Source: Candidatus Omnitrophota bacterium (lineage in GTDB: Bacteria > Margulisbacteria > WOR-1 > XYC2-FULL-46-14 > WPAF01). From it: a stretch of 33,607 nt of DNA. The notes under the pieces were generated by a model. The model was given only the letters and a program-made list of their open reading frames with translations, made no database searches and was not told the DNA's origin. How positions within the stretch are numbered: the stretch's first letter is position 1; each line of letters opens with the position of its first letter. Shown here in pieces: positions 7,208 to 16,772 of this stretch. A program made the translations under genes and the position numbers. The stretch lies in assembly GCA_035506255.1 (NCBI GenBank), contig DATJPS010000063.1, positions 1 through 33,607 on the forward strand, in the 5' to 3' direction.

Positions 7208-8649
7208 TTACGGATTACGGTTTACGCGCTCTTCTTTGACGATCTCCGTCCCCTCGCCCCTTTTAGTGATCCCGGTGAACGGCAGTCCGAGCTCCTCGTG
7301 CATGATCTTCATGATCCGGGTAGTGCAGAACCCGCCGTGGCAGCGTCCCGCCTGCGCGCGGGTGCGGAACTTGATCCCGTCGAGCGTCCTTGCCCCGCGC
7401 TTTATCGCGTCGCGCACCTCTTTGGCCGATACCATTTCGCAGCGGCAGACGATATCGCCGTAGGCCGCATCTTCCGCGATCAGTTTTTTGGTCCTGGACC
7501 AGGGAACGGCGAACAGATGAACGCTGGGCGCGCGGTATTTTTTGAAGAACCACTTTTTCCGGAGCGGAAGGCCCGCTTTGCCCAGCAGACCGACGACCAT
7601 TTTTACCACCGCCGGAGCGGCGGTAAGGCCGGGCGATTGGATCCCGGCGACATTAATGAACCCCGGCACCTGCGCTTCGTGACGGATGATGAAATCATCC
7701 CCTGCCGCCGGCCGCAGGCCGGCAAAATAGGCGATGATATCGCCGGCGTCAATGGTCGGGATCATCTTTCTTACACCATCGAGCACCTTCGCCAGCCCGG
7801 CGTCGCTTGTGGACTTGTCTTCCTTGTCATCGATATCGTCGGCGGTAGGGCCGATCATCGGGTTGCCATCGGAGGTCTTGATGACCAATATCCCCTTTGA
7901 GCTCGGCGTAGGGAGCGGGAAAAGGATATGGTTGACGATTTGCTCGCGCTTCTTGTCGAGCAGGAACTCCTCCCCTTTCCTCGGCCTTATCTTGAAGCCG
8001 CCTACCCCTACCATCGCCGAGATCTCGTCGGCGAACAACCCGGCGGCGTTGACCAGGTATTTGGAAAAAAGCGTTCCCTTTGAGGTGGAGATCTCAAAGC
8101 CGTCAGTGGTTTTTTTTATGTTCGATACCTTGCTCGAGGTAATTATCTCGGCGCCGTTATTTTTGGCGTTCTCCGCCAGGTCGTATACCATCCGGTACGG
8201 GCTGATGATCCCGGCGGTCGGTGCGTAAAGCGCGGCGACGGCTTCCCGGCTCAGGTTCGGCTCGTGCTCCGCCAGCCAGTCGCGGCCGACGATCGCGAGG
8301 CCGGGGACGCCGAGCTGTTCCGCGTCTTTCTTGATCTCAAGCAGGCGCGGTATATCGGCTTCGCTGAAGATCACGATCAATTCGCCGACCTCTTTGAAAT
8401 CGACCCCCAGCTCTTTGGCGATCTGACGGGTTAGCCGGTTCCCTTCGACGCAGAGCGCGCCTTTGAGGGAATCGGGAGGGTTTTGCGTGCCGGGATGGAT
8501 GATGCCGCTGTTGGACTTGGAAACGCCGAAAGCGAGCTCGGCCTCTTTTTCGACCAGCGCGATCTTAAGCCGGTAGCGGGAAAGCTCGCGGGCGACCGAC
8601 GCGCCAGTGATCCCCCCGCCTATAATGACTACATCGTACGGATTACGCA

Positions 8650-8650
<1 letters not shown>
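7208..8650 (-). CDS. FAD-dependent glycerol-3-phosphate dehydrogenase/oxidase-like enzyme with C-terminal BFD-like [2Fe-2S] domain
   Basis: 480-aa ORF. YDVVIIGGGITGASVAREL FAD fold. C-terminal CRCE....(x)..RAQAGRCHGGFC four-Cys BFD-type motif. Start ATG shares one base with the glpK stop (TAATG). Confidence 0.85.
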
Positions 8651-10124
<1,474 letters not shown>

Positions 10125-10128
<4 letters not shown>

Positions 10129-10946
10129 GATCTCTGGTTGAGCCAGAAGAGAATATCGCCGAAGACCTGTTCTCTCCCCTTCTCGATCGAGAGGGCGTGG
10201 TACATGCCGGGATATTCGATCTTGTTCTTGTCCTTGAGCTTGAGCGAATCGAAAAGCTTGCGGGTTTCGCGCGAGTCGACCAGCATGTCCACCCCCGCCA
10301 CCAGGAACAGGACCGGCGCTTTTAATTTGTCTTTCAGTTTCCACGCTTTCATCTGCGCGGTCAGGTTGTTCCAGAGCATTTTGGATGACGCGAACCGCGA
10401 TTCGCGCGGGTCGGCGTCCATCGCCCGCTGATATTCGTAATCCCGGGTGCACATGGCGGAGGTGAACGGCATGCTCACCTGCTTTCTTGGATTGAAAAGG
10501 AGCGAAGAGAAGATATTGATATAATCGCCGGTCGAAAAATGCATTCCGTTCTTGAACGCGGGAGAAATTAGAACCGTCCCCGTCAGCTCATCGGGATGGA
10601 GGGCGGAAAAGATGAACGAGATCAGCCCGCCCATGCTCTCGCCGAGAATGAAGACCTTTTTCCCCGGGTTCTCGATCTTGATCAGCTGGAGGAGTTCCCG
10701 GATATCGCGGTAGTAAAGATCAAAGCTGTCTACATGGCCGCGGACCTGATCGGGGGTTTCACCGTAACCTTTTAGCTCCACCGCGTAGGAGGAGTATTTG
10801 TTCTTCAGGAGAAAATCGGCAAGGAACTCCCAGCGGCCGTTATGCGCTCCCATGCCGTAGACCAGCAGGACGATGGCGCGCGGGCCGTCAACGCCCCACT
10901 TGCGGTAAAGGACATCGGTTCCGGGAACGGTCAAAAGTCCGGGCAT
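10125..10946 (-). CDS. alpha/beta hydrolase, lysophospholipase/monoacylglycerol-lipase-like
   Basis: 273-aa ORF. HG oxyanion motif (VYGMGAHNGR), nucleophile elbow GESMGG, and a late His (YPGMYHAL). Confidence 0.85.
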
Positions 10947-10954
10947 GTTTCACC

Positions 10955-12382
10955 TCACTGATGTTTATGCAGATTGCTGTGCCTGATGCCGTAAGAGAAA
11001 TAAACGACCAGCCCCAGCACCAGCCAGATCACGAAACGGTACCAGCTGATCATCGGGAGCCCGGTCATCAAGAAGATGCAGCAGCCAGCGCCGAGCAAAG
11101 GCGTGATGGGACTGAACGGGACCTTGAACCCGCGCGGAAGGTCCGGCTCCCGGTATCTCAGGATTATGACGCCGAGGCAGACCAGGACGAACGCGAAGAG
11201 CGTGCCGATGTTGGTGAGGTCGACCATCTCCTCGATGTTGGTGAACGCGGCGAAGAGCGCGATCAGCACGCCGGTGATGATAGTGGTGACATACGGCGTG
11301 CGGAACCGGTGGTGGACCCGGGAAAAGAACGAAGGGAGCAGGCCGTCGCGCGCCATGGAAAAAAAGATCCGCGCCTGCCCCATCATCAGCACGAGCAATA
11401 CCGCTATCTGCGCGATCACCGCTCCCACCGCCACCACTCCGGTGGCCCAGTTGAGGTTGATGTACTGCATCGCCAGCGCCAGCGGTTCCGCCTTCTGGTG
11501 CGAGAGCGCGTTCTTTAAATAATCGAACGGGATGATGCCGGTGAAGATGGCGGTAACGGTCATGTAGATGATGGTGCAAATGATGAGCGAGCCGATGATG
11601 CCGATCGGCAGATCGCGTTTGGGATTGCGGGTCTCTTCCGCCGTGGTGGAGAGGCAGTCGAACCCGATATAGGCGAAGAAGGCGATCGCCGCTCCCGCTT
11701 TGATCCCGGCAAAACCGTTGGGGGCGAACGGCACCCAGTTGCCCGGTTTCACGAAGAACGCGCCGACCAGGATGAAGAACGCCAGCACCAGCAGTTTGGT
11801 GATGACGATCCCCATGTTGAACCGGGCGCTCTCCTTGATGCCGCGGAAAAGTATATAGGTAAGCACGGCGACGATGAAGATGGCGGGGAGGTTGTGCGCG
11901 ATCGCCCACTGGGGAACGATGATGCCGAAACTGCGTAGCAGACCTATGAAGTAGCTCGACCAGCTGATGGAGACTGCGATGCTCCCCACCCCGTACTCCA
12001 GCATCAGGTCCCAGCCGATGATCCAGGCAATGATCTCGCCGAAAGTGGCGTAAGAATAGGTGTAGGCGCTGCCGGAGATCGGTACCAGCGACGCCAGTTC
12101 GGCGTAGCAGAGCGCCGCGAATCCGCACACCACCGCGGTGATGGCGAACGAAAGGATGAGCGCGGGCCCGGCGCCGGGACGGAGCGCGTCGCCCGCCGCC
12201 GCGGTGCCGACGGTGGCGAAGATACCGGCCCCGATGATGACGCCGATGCCGAGAAGGATCAGGTCGAACGGCCCCAGCACCTTTTTGAGCCCGTGGAGCG
12301 GATTATCGCTTTCGGAAAGGATCGATCTTAAGTTCTTGGTACGAAGTATCCGGTGCGGGAAAACGCTCAGTTTTTTAAGCAT
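10955..12382 (-). CDS. APC-superfamily amino acid permease (cationic amino acid transporter-like)
   Basis: 475-aa ORF, about 12 hydrophobic segments by eye. N-terminal LGIGVIIGAGIF and FAYIGFD motifs typical of APC/CAT transporters. Confidence 0.88.
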   Translation of the reverse strand: MLKKLSVFPHRILRTKNLRSILSESDNPLHGLKKVLGPFDLILLGIGVIIGAGIFATVGTAAAGDALRPGAGPALILSFAITAVVCGFAALCYAELASLVPISGSAYTYSYATFGEIIAWIIGWDLMLEYGVGSIAVSISWSSYFIGLLRSFGIIVPQWAIAHNLPAIFIVAVLTYILFRGIKESARFNMGIVITKLLVLAFFILVGAFFVKPGNWVPFAPNGFAGIKAGAAIAFFAYIGFDCLSTTAEETRNPKRDLPIGIIGSLIICTIIYMTVTAIFTGIIPFDYLKNALSHQKAEPLALAMQYINLNWATGVVAVGAVIAQIAVLLVLMMGQARIFFSMARDGLLPSFFSRVHHRFRTPYVTTIITGVLIALFAAFTNIEEMVDLTNIGTLFAFVLVCLGVIILRYREPDLPRGFKVPFSPITPLLGAGCCIFLMTGLPMISWYRFVIWLVLGLVVYFSYGIRHSNLHKHQ

Positions 12383-12947
12383 GCGACCTTAACGCGTTCG
12401 CCCACCAGATCACCTGGTCGATGAATTTATCGGCGAACGGCTTCATCGGCTCAAAGAGATCGGAAACATCCCCTTCTTTGCGGGCGGAAGCGTCGCGGAA
12501 AGTTTGGACGGGGATGGAAAGGGTCGCTTCGATCGGGACCAGGTGCAGTTCGATCGCCACCAGCCGGAGCTGTTCCACCGACCGCGCCCCCATCACCCCG
12601 CCGTAGCTGACGAACCCTACCGGCTTGTTGTTCCACTCGGCGAACACGGTATCGAGCGCGTTCTTGAGAACGCCGGGATAGCCGTGATTGTATTCCGGCG
12701 TGACGATGATATAGCCATCCCCCTCGCCGATCTTGGCCGCCCACTTCTTTGAGATCTCGTTCGAATAATTCCCCTTAAGCATGGAAGGCGGCACCGCCTC
12801 GTCGTAGAACGGGAGGGGATAATCGCGCAGGTCGAGCAGCTCCGCTTCCACTCCTTCTTTGGCCTTGAGCAATCCCGCGATCCAGCGGCCCGGCTTTTCG
12901 CTGAACCGGTTCTGCCGCGTGCTGCCGAGAATGACCTGTATCTTCAT
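12375..12947 (-). CDS. NADPH-dependent FMN reductase family protein
   Basis: 190-aa ORF. MKIQVILGSTRQNRFS (flavodoxin-like P-loop for FMN) and IIVTPEYNHGYPGVLKNALD are signatures of the FMN_red family. Confidence 0.88.
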   Translation of the reverse strand: MKIQVILGSTRQNRFSEKPGRWIAGLLKAKEGVEAELLDLRDYPLPFYDEAVPPSMLKGNYSNEISKKWAAKIGEGDGYIIVTPEYNHGYPGVLKNALDTVFAEWNNKPVGFVSYGGVMGARSVEQLRLVAIELHLVPIEATLSIPVQTFRDASARKEGDVSDLFEPMKPFADKFIDQVIWWANALRSHA

Positions 12948-12948
12948 G

Positions 12949-13044
12949 TTAGAACCTCACCACATGGCCGAGCCAGAAGACGAACGCGACGGCGATGACG
13001 TGCAGTATCCACCAGCCGGGACGGAAAAGCATGATCTTTTGCAT
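12949..13044 (-). CDS. 31-aa hydrophobic mini-protein (hypothetical)
   Basis: Below the track length cutoff. GGAGAaataaaATG RBS 12 nt after the stop of the upstream membrane-protein gene. Translation: MQKIMLFRPGWWILHVIAVAFVFWLGHVVRF, a single TM. Its stop lies 1 nt before the FMN reductase ATG. Confidence 0.5.
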   Translation of the reverse strand: MQKIMLFRPGWWILHVIAVAFVFWLGHVVRF

Positions 13045-13056
13045 TTTATTTCTCCT

Positions 13057-13554
13057 TTACTTCCAGATGATATTGCCGAGCGCGTAGACCATCGACCAGC
13101 CCGCCAGGTGAGCCAGCCACCAGCCGTTGTTGGGATACCTGAACCAGCGGCCTTGGGGAACGACATCGGTCGCGGAGTTGAGCAGCTCCAGGTCAAAGAT
13201 CGCCTTCCCCATGGCAAAGTTCGCCCAGAGCATGAGGATATCGGGGAGCATGGTCTTAAAGAGCAGGTCGGCCGCGGAGACCGGGCCGGACATGTGTACG
13301 ATCGAAAAATGGGCCATGGTGATGGTGCCGAGAATGACCATAAAGCCGTTAAGTACATACGCATAGGCAGAGGTCTTTTTAAACCAGAACATCAGCGGAA
13401 CGATGACGATGCTGATGATGCCGGCGACGAACGGGATGAGGTTTTCGTCCTCGGCGAAGGGAGGATGGGTGCGGACATGCAGGAGCCAGCCGCCCAGCGC
13501 CAGCGCAACGAGCCCCGCGATCAGCGTAAGCTTCAACTGTTCCTTTCTTTTCAT
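13057..13554 (-). CDS. hypothetical integral membrane protein (about 4 TM)
   Basis: The track ORF starts at TTG 13563. ATG 13554 (MKRKEQLK...) is preferred because it follows TATAAT-tgaGGcat. Hydrophobic segments are evident. I recognise no family. Confidence 0.7.
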   Translation of the reverse strand: MKRKEQLKLTLIAGLVALALGGWLLHVRTHPPFAEDENLIPFVAGIISIVIVPLMFWFKKTSAYAYVLNGFMVILGTITMAHFSIVHMSGPVSAADLLFKTMLPDILMLWANFAMGKAIFDLELLNSATDVVPQGRWFRYPNNGWWLAHLAGWSMVYALGNIIWK

Positions 13555-13674
13555 ATGCCTCAATTATAATGGCGATTTTTTACGAATCAAGTTCTTTATG
13601 CTTTTTCTCTTACTTTCTTTCCCTTGATGGAAAGAAAGTAATAAAGAAAGATCAAGGCGATTTCGATTGTTCGC

Positions 13675-13946
13675 CTCCCTCTCCTCCGGCCCGTTATCCT
13701 CCCCAAGCTCGCCCCGCAAGGATTAGAGGGAGAGGGGAAATCTCCCGATGTGACCTGAGTGGGGTGTTTCACAATTGGGAGGGGCGGTGAGCTGCGGAGC
13801 TCACTCCGCCCACCGGAATAGATCTGACCATTCGTTTTATACCTGAGTTGCGGAGCAGCGAGGGCATACGAAGGTCGGGGGTCCAGGGGGTATCCCCCTG
13901 GTTGCTTTCTTTTCATCCACTTTTCTTTTCAACAAAAGAAAAGTGG
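13675..13946 (+). ncRNA. structured repeat element, copy 1 (candidate ncRNA or non-autonomous mobile element)
   Basis: About 88% identical over ~220 nt to 22224-22439, in the same orientation. 5' polypyrimidine/polypurine hairpin CTCCCTCT(13675-82)/AGAGGGAG(13725-32). Central helix 13782-13811 with a GCGG loop. Perfect hairpin CCAGGGGG-tat-CCCCCTGG 13883-13901. Terminal 13-bp hairpin 13917-13946 (CCACTTTTCTTTT-caac-AAAAGAAAAGTGG). The plus strand is favoured by G-U-preserving differences between the copies. Confidence 0.5.
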
Positions 13947-13998
13947 AAATAAAAAGAGAATCGACTTTATGATATGATATCCCCCAGGAAAGATATAA

Positions 13999-14874
13999 AT
14001 GACAAAACTGGAAGGCAAGAATTTATCGACAGTGCTCAAGTTCCAGAAGAACGAGATCAGCGAGCACATTATCTACCACCGGCTGGCGCAAATGGGGAAG
14101 AACGAGGCCAACCGGCAAACGGTGGAGAATATTTCCGCCGACGAGCTCCGCCACTATAACTCGTATAAGTCCCTCACCGGCCGCGACGTCCCCCCCGACC
14201 GCATCAAAATCTGGTGGTACCTGCTGCTGGGCCGCGTGTTCGGCATCACCTTTGCCGTAAAGCTGATGGAGAACGGGGAAAAAGGGGCGCAGGAAGCGTA
14301 CACCGGGTTGATCGGCGTGGTGCCGGAAATAGAGAAGATCATCGCGGACGAAAGCCATCACGAGCGCGAGCTGGTAAAGCTGATAGACGAAGAGCGGCTC
14401 AAGTATATCGGCGCGGTGGTGCTGGGGATGAACGACGCGCTGGTGGAGCTTACCGGCACGCTGGCGGGCCTCACCTTTGCCCTGCAGAACGAAAAGCTCG
14501 TGGGAGTGGCGGGGTTGATCACCGGGGTGGCGGCGGCGCTCTCCATGGCCGCGTCGGAATATTTGTCGGCCAAGGTGGGGAGCGAAGCTTTGCATCCTTT
14601 CAAGGCGTCGGTCTATACCGGCATCACCTATTTTATCGTCGTATTTTGTCTGGTGCTCCCCTTTTTACTGCTGGCGAGCCCGTTCGTGGCGCTGGGGATG
14701 GCATTGGTCACGGCGGTACTGCTGATCGGGCTGTTCAACTTTTACTTTTCGGTGGTCAGGGAAGTCCCCTTTAAGCACCGGTTCGCGGAGATGCTGGCAA
14801 TAAGCCTGGGAGTGGCGTTCTTAAGTTTTGTGATCGGGTTATTGATCCGGCAGTTTTTGGGAATTAACGTATAG
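13999..14874 (+). CDS. mbfA: MbfA-like membrane-bound erythrin/ferritin-like domain fused to a VIT1/CCC1 iron/manganese transporter domain
   Basis: 291-aa ORF. The N-terminal four-helix ferritin-like region has E..H pairs (EISEHIIYHRL, ADELRHY, GEKGAQEAY, ADESHHEREL). The C-terminal half has VIT1 motifs (GMNDALVELTG, SMAASEYLS) and TM helices. AGGAAAG RBS 7 nt upstream. Confidence 0.8.
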   Translation: MTKLEGKNLSTVLKFQKNEISEHIIYHRLAQMGKNEANRQTVENISADELRHYNSYKSLTGRDVPPDRIKIWWYLLLGRVFGITFAVKLMENGEKGAQEAYTGLIGVVPEIEKIIADESHHERELVKLIDEERLKYIGAVVLGMNDALVELTGTLAGLTFALQNEKLVGVAGLITGVAAALSMAASEYLSAKVGSEALHPFKASVYTGITYFIVVFCLVLPFLLLASPFVALGMALVTAVLLIGLFNFYFSVVREVPFKHRFAEMLAISLGVAFLSFVIGLLIRQFLGINV

Positions 14875-14877
14875 GGA

Positions 14878-15318
14878 TTATATTTCCGGCCGCGGATGAC
14901 GTATCTCCATCCACTTTTCCGGGTTGGCCAGCGGTTTGAAACCGACTTTTTGATATACCCCGTGGGCGTCGGTGGTAATGAGCACCCACTGATAGACCTT
15001 TTTAAGCGATGGATGGTTAAGGATAAAACGGACCATCCCCTGCCCGATCCCTTTGCGCCGGTGAGCTTCGTCGACAAAGACATCGAGGAGATAGGCAAAG
15101 CGGGTCTTGTCGGAAATGACGCGGGAGTAAGCGACCAGTTGGCCTTTACCGGTGAAAGCAGCGACGATGAGGGCGGAATTATTGGCCCCTTTGGCGACCT
15201 CTTTATATTTGATCCCTTTGCTCCAGTAAGCGTTGGTGAGGAGCCCTGCCACTTTTTTAAGGTCGATCTTTTTACGGTCGTCGCTGATGTAATAATCCGG
15301 ACCCAGTTGCTCTTTCAT
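14878..15318 (-). CDS. GNAT-family N-acetyltransferase
   Basis: 146-aa ORF. Acetyl-CoA motif A VDEAHRRKGIGQGMV (R/Q-x-x-G-x-G/A). Confidence 0.85.
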   Translation of the reverse strand: MKEQLGPDYYISDDRKKIDLKKVAGLLTNAYWSKGIKYKEVAKGANNSALIVAAFTGKGQLVAYSRVISDKTRFAYLLDVFVDEAHRRKGIGQGMVRFILNHPSLKKVYQWVLITTDAHGVYQKVGFKPLANPEKWMEIRHPRPEI

Positions 15319-15331
15319 ACAATGTCCTTCC

Positions 15332-15727
15332 TTATTCCGTCGCCGCTCCCATGAAATAGTCCTCGTTGAACACCACCCGGTCGAAGAGCAGGTACTTGGC
15401 GACGACGATAGTGGTGGTCGAGATCACGATCGACACCACGTAGTATAACCGCAAAAAGCCGGTCAATGCCACCACCAACAGGTAATCGGCGGCGATAAAT
15501 AACAGCAGCGCCGCCGCGTAGGCCAGGAACCTTTGATTTTGCGAGGTGCGGCTGCGGAAGGTGACATGGAAGTTGTAGTAAAAGCTGAAGACGATCACCG
15601 CCACCAGCGATACCGGGTACGAAACGTAATAAGGGAGCTTGAGCAGGCCGGTAAGCAGGACGGTGATGCCGATCTTGACCGCGTAATTGAAGACCCCTCC
15701 GAGCAGGAAGAAAATCATTTTGGCCAT
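15332..15727 (-). CDS. GtrA-family small membrane protein (polyprenol-phosphate-sugar translocation-associated)
   Basis: 131-aa ORF with four hydrophobic helices. N-terminal F.LGGV.NY and a C-terminal KYLLFDRVVF motif typical of GtrA-like proteins. Starts 1 nt after the GT2 stop. Confidence 0.75.
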   Translation of the reverse strand: MAKMIFFLLGGVFNYAVKIGITVLLTGLLKLPYYVSYPVSLVAVIVFSFYYNFHVTFRSRTSQNQRFLAYAAALLLFIAADYLLVVALTGFLRLYYVVSIVISTTTIVVAKYLLFDRVVFNEDYFMGAATE

Positions 15728-15728
15728 G

Positions 15729-16685
15729 CTACCGCCTTTCCGGCGGCTTGCCGCTCTCCCATTTGCGCAGCAGGTACTGGACGTTCTCCATCAATTTGCG
15801 GTTGACCGCCAGGAGGTTGGCGACGAACGCGATCAGCATGGTCTCGAACCCGATGCCGAGCAGGATCGACGCCAGGATCAGCGACTGGACATGCCCGCCG
15901 GAATGGCCGCGGGCGAAAAAGTAAAGGTAGCGCAGACCGACGGCAAATCCGCAAAAGAAAAGGAGCGATCCGGCGGTCATGAAGAAACTGAACGGTCGGT
16001 AGACGACAAAGATCTTGAGGATGGTGCCGCCGGAACGGACCACATAAGAGAAGATGCTCTTTACCAGCCGCGACGGCCGTCCGGCGGGATTGACCCGGAC
16101 GGGGACCGAGACCACCGCCATCCCCTTCTGTCCCGCCTGGATGATGGTCTCGAGCGTGTAGGTGTATTCGTTGAAAACATTGAGCTGGAGCGCCGCGTCG
16201 CGGCTGATGGCGCGGAAGCCGCTGGGAGCGTCGGGCACATCGGTATGGCTGACCCAGCGCACCACGGCGCTTCCGATCTTCTGTAAGAGCTTCTTTGCCG
16301 CCGAGAATTGTTCGATCTGGCCGGTGGGCCGCGCGCCGATGACGATGTCGGCCCGGCCTTCGGTTATCGGGGCAACGAGCAGCGGGATGTCGGCCGCGCG
16401 ATACTGGTTATCGGCGTCAGTGTTGACGATCACGTCGGCGCCGCGCTTGAGGCAGGCGTCGAGCCCGGCCATGAACCCGGCGGCCAGTCCGCGGTGATGA
16501 GTGAACCTTACGACATGGTCGACGCCGCACTGTTTTGCGACCTCGGCGGTGCGGTCCGAACTGCCGTCGTCTATTATAAGCCACTCCACGCGGTCGAATC
16601 CCTTGACCTGGCGCGGCAGTTCTTTCAGCATGGCGGGCAGGCTATCCGATTCGTTATAACAGGGAATCTGGATGATCAATTTCAT
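15729..16685 (-). CDS. GT2-family polyprenol-phosphate glycosyltransferase (GtrB/DPM1/ArnC-like) with C-terminal TM helices
   Basis: 318-aa ORF. LIIQIPCYNE, IIDDGSSD and VNTDADNQY (DxD region) motifs, plus two C-terminal hydrophobic helices as in GtrB/ArnC. Confidence 0.88.
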   Translation of the reverse strand: MKLIIQIPCYNESDSLPAMLKELPRQVKGFDRVEWLIIDDGSSDRTAEVAKQCGVDHVVRFTHHRGLAAGFMAGLDACLKRGADVIVNTDADNQYRAADIPLLVAPITEGRADIVIGARPTGQIEQFSAAKKLLQKIGSAVVRWVSHTDVPDAPSGFRAISRDAALQLNVFNEYTYTLETIIQAGQKGMAVVSVPVRVNPAGRPSRLVKSIFSYVVRSGGTILKIFVVYRPFSFFMTAGSLLFFCGFAVGLRYLYFFARGHSGGHVQSLILASILLGIGFETMLIAFVANLLAVNRKLMENVQYLLRKWESGKPPERR

Positions 16686-16772
16686 TTTATTGCGCTTCCG
16701 GAATATTTTATCACACGTCGGCCCCGGCGGCGGGCTATTTCCGGAAGATCGCGAATATGTTAGGATGGCCGG

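Noticed and set aside
13596-13916. Minus-strand ORFs 13596-13916 and 22188-22409 that share MKRKQPGG.PLDPRPSYALAAPQ...RSELRSSPPLPIVKHPTQVT
   Set aside because: The similarity comes from the nucleotide repeat. Differences between the copies are almost all non-synonymous, the ORFs end differently, they are low complexity and lack an RBS. The substitution pattern fits RNA helices instead.
13675-13946. Structured element as a Mn2+ (yybP-ykoY) or other metal riboswitch controlling the downstream VIT1/MbfA-like gene, or as a DGR template/variable repeat pair
   Set aside because: I could not find the conserved GGGGAGUAG / UUGACAUA features of yybP-ykoY. A plausible promoter (TGGAAA-N18-TATGAT) lies between the element and the gene. 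Copy 2 has no downstream plus-strand gene. For a DGR, the differences between copies are not adenine-specific and there is no reverse transcriptase nearby.
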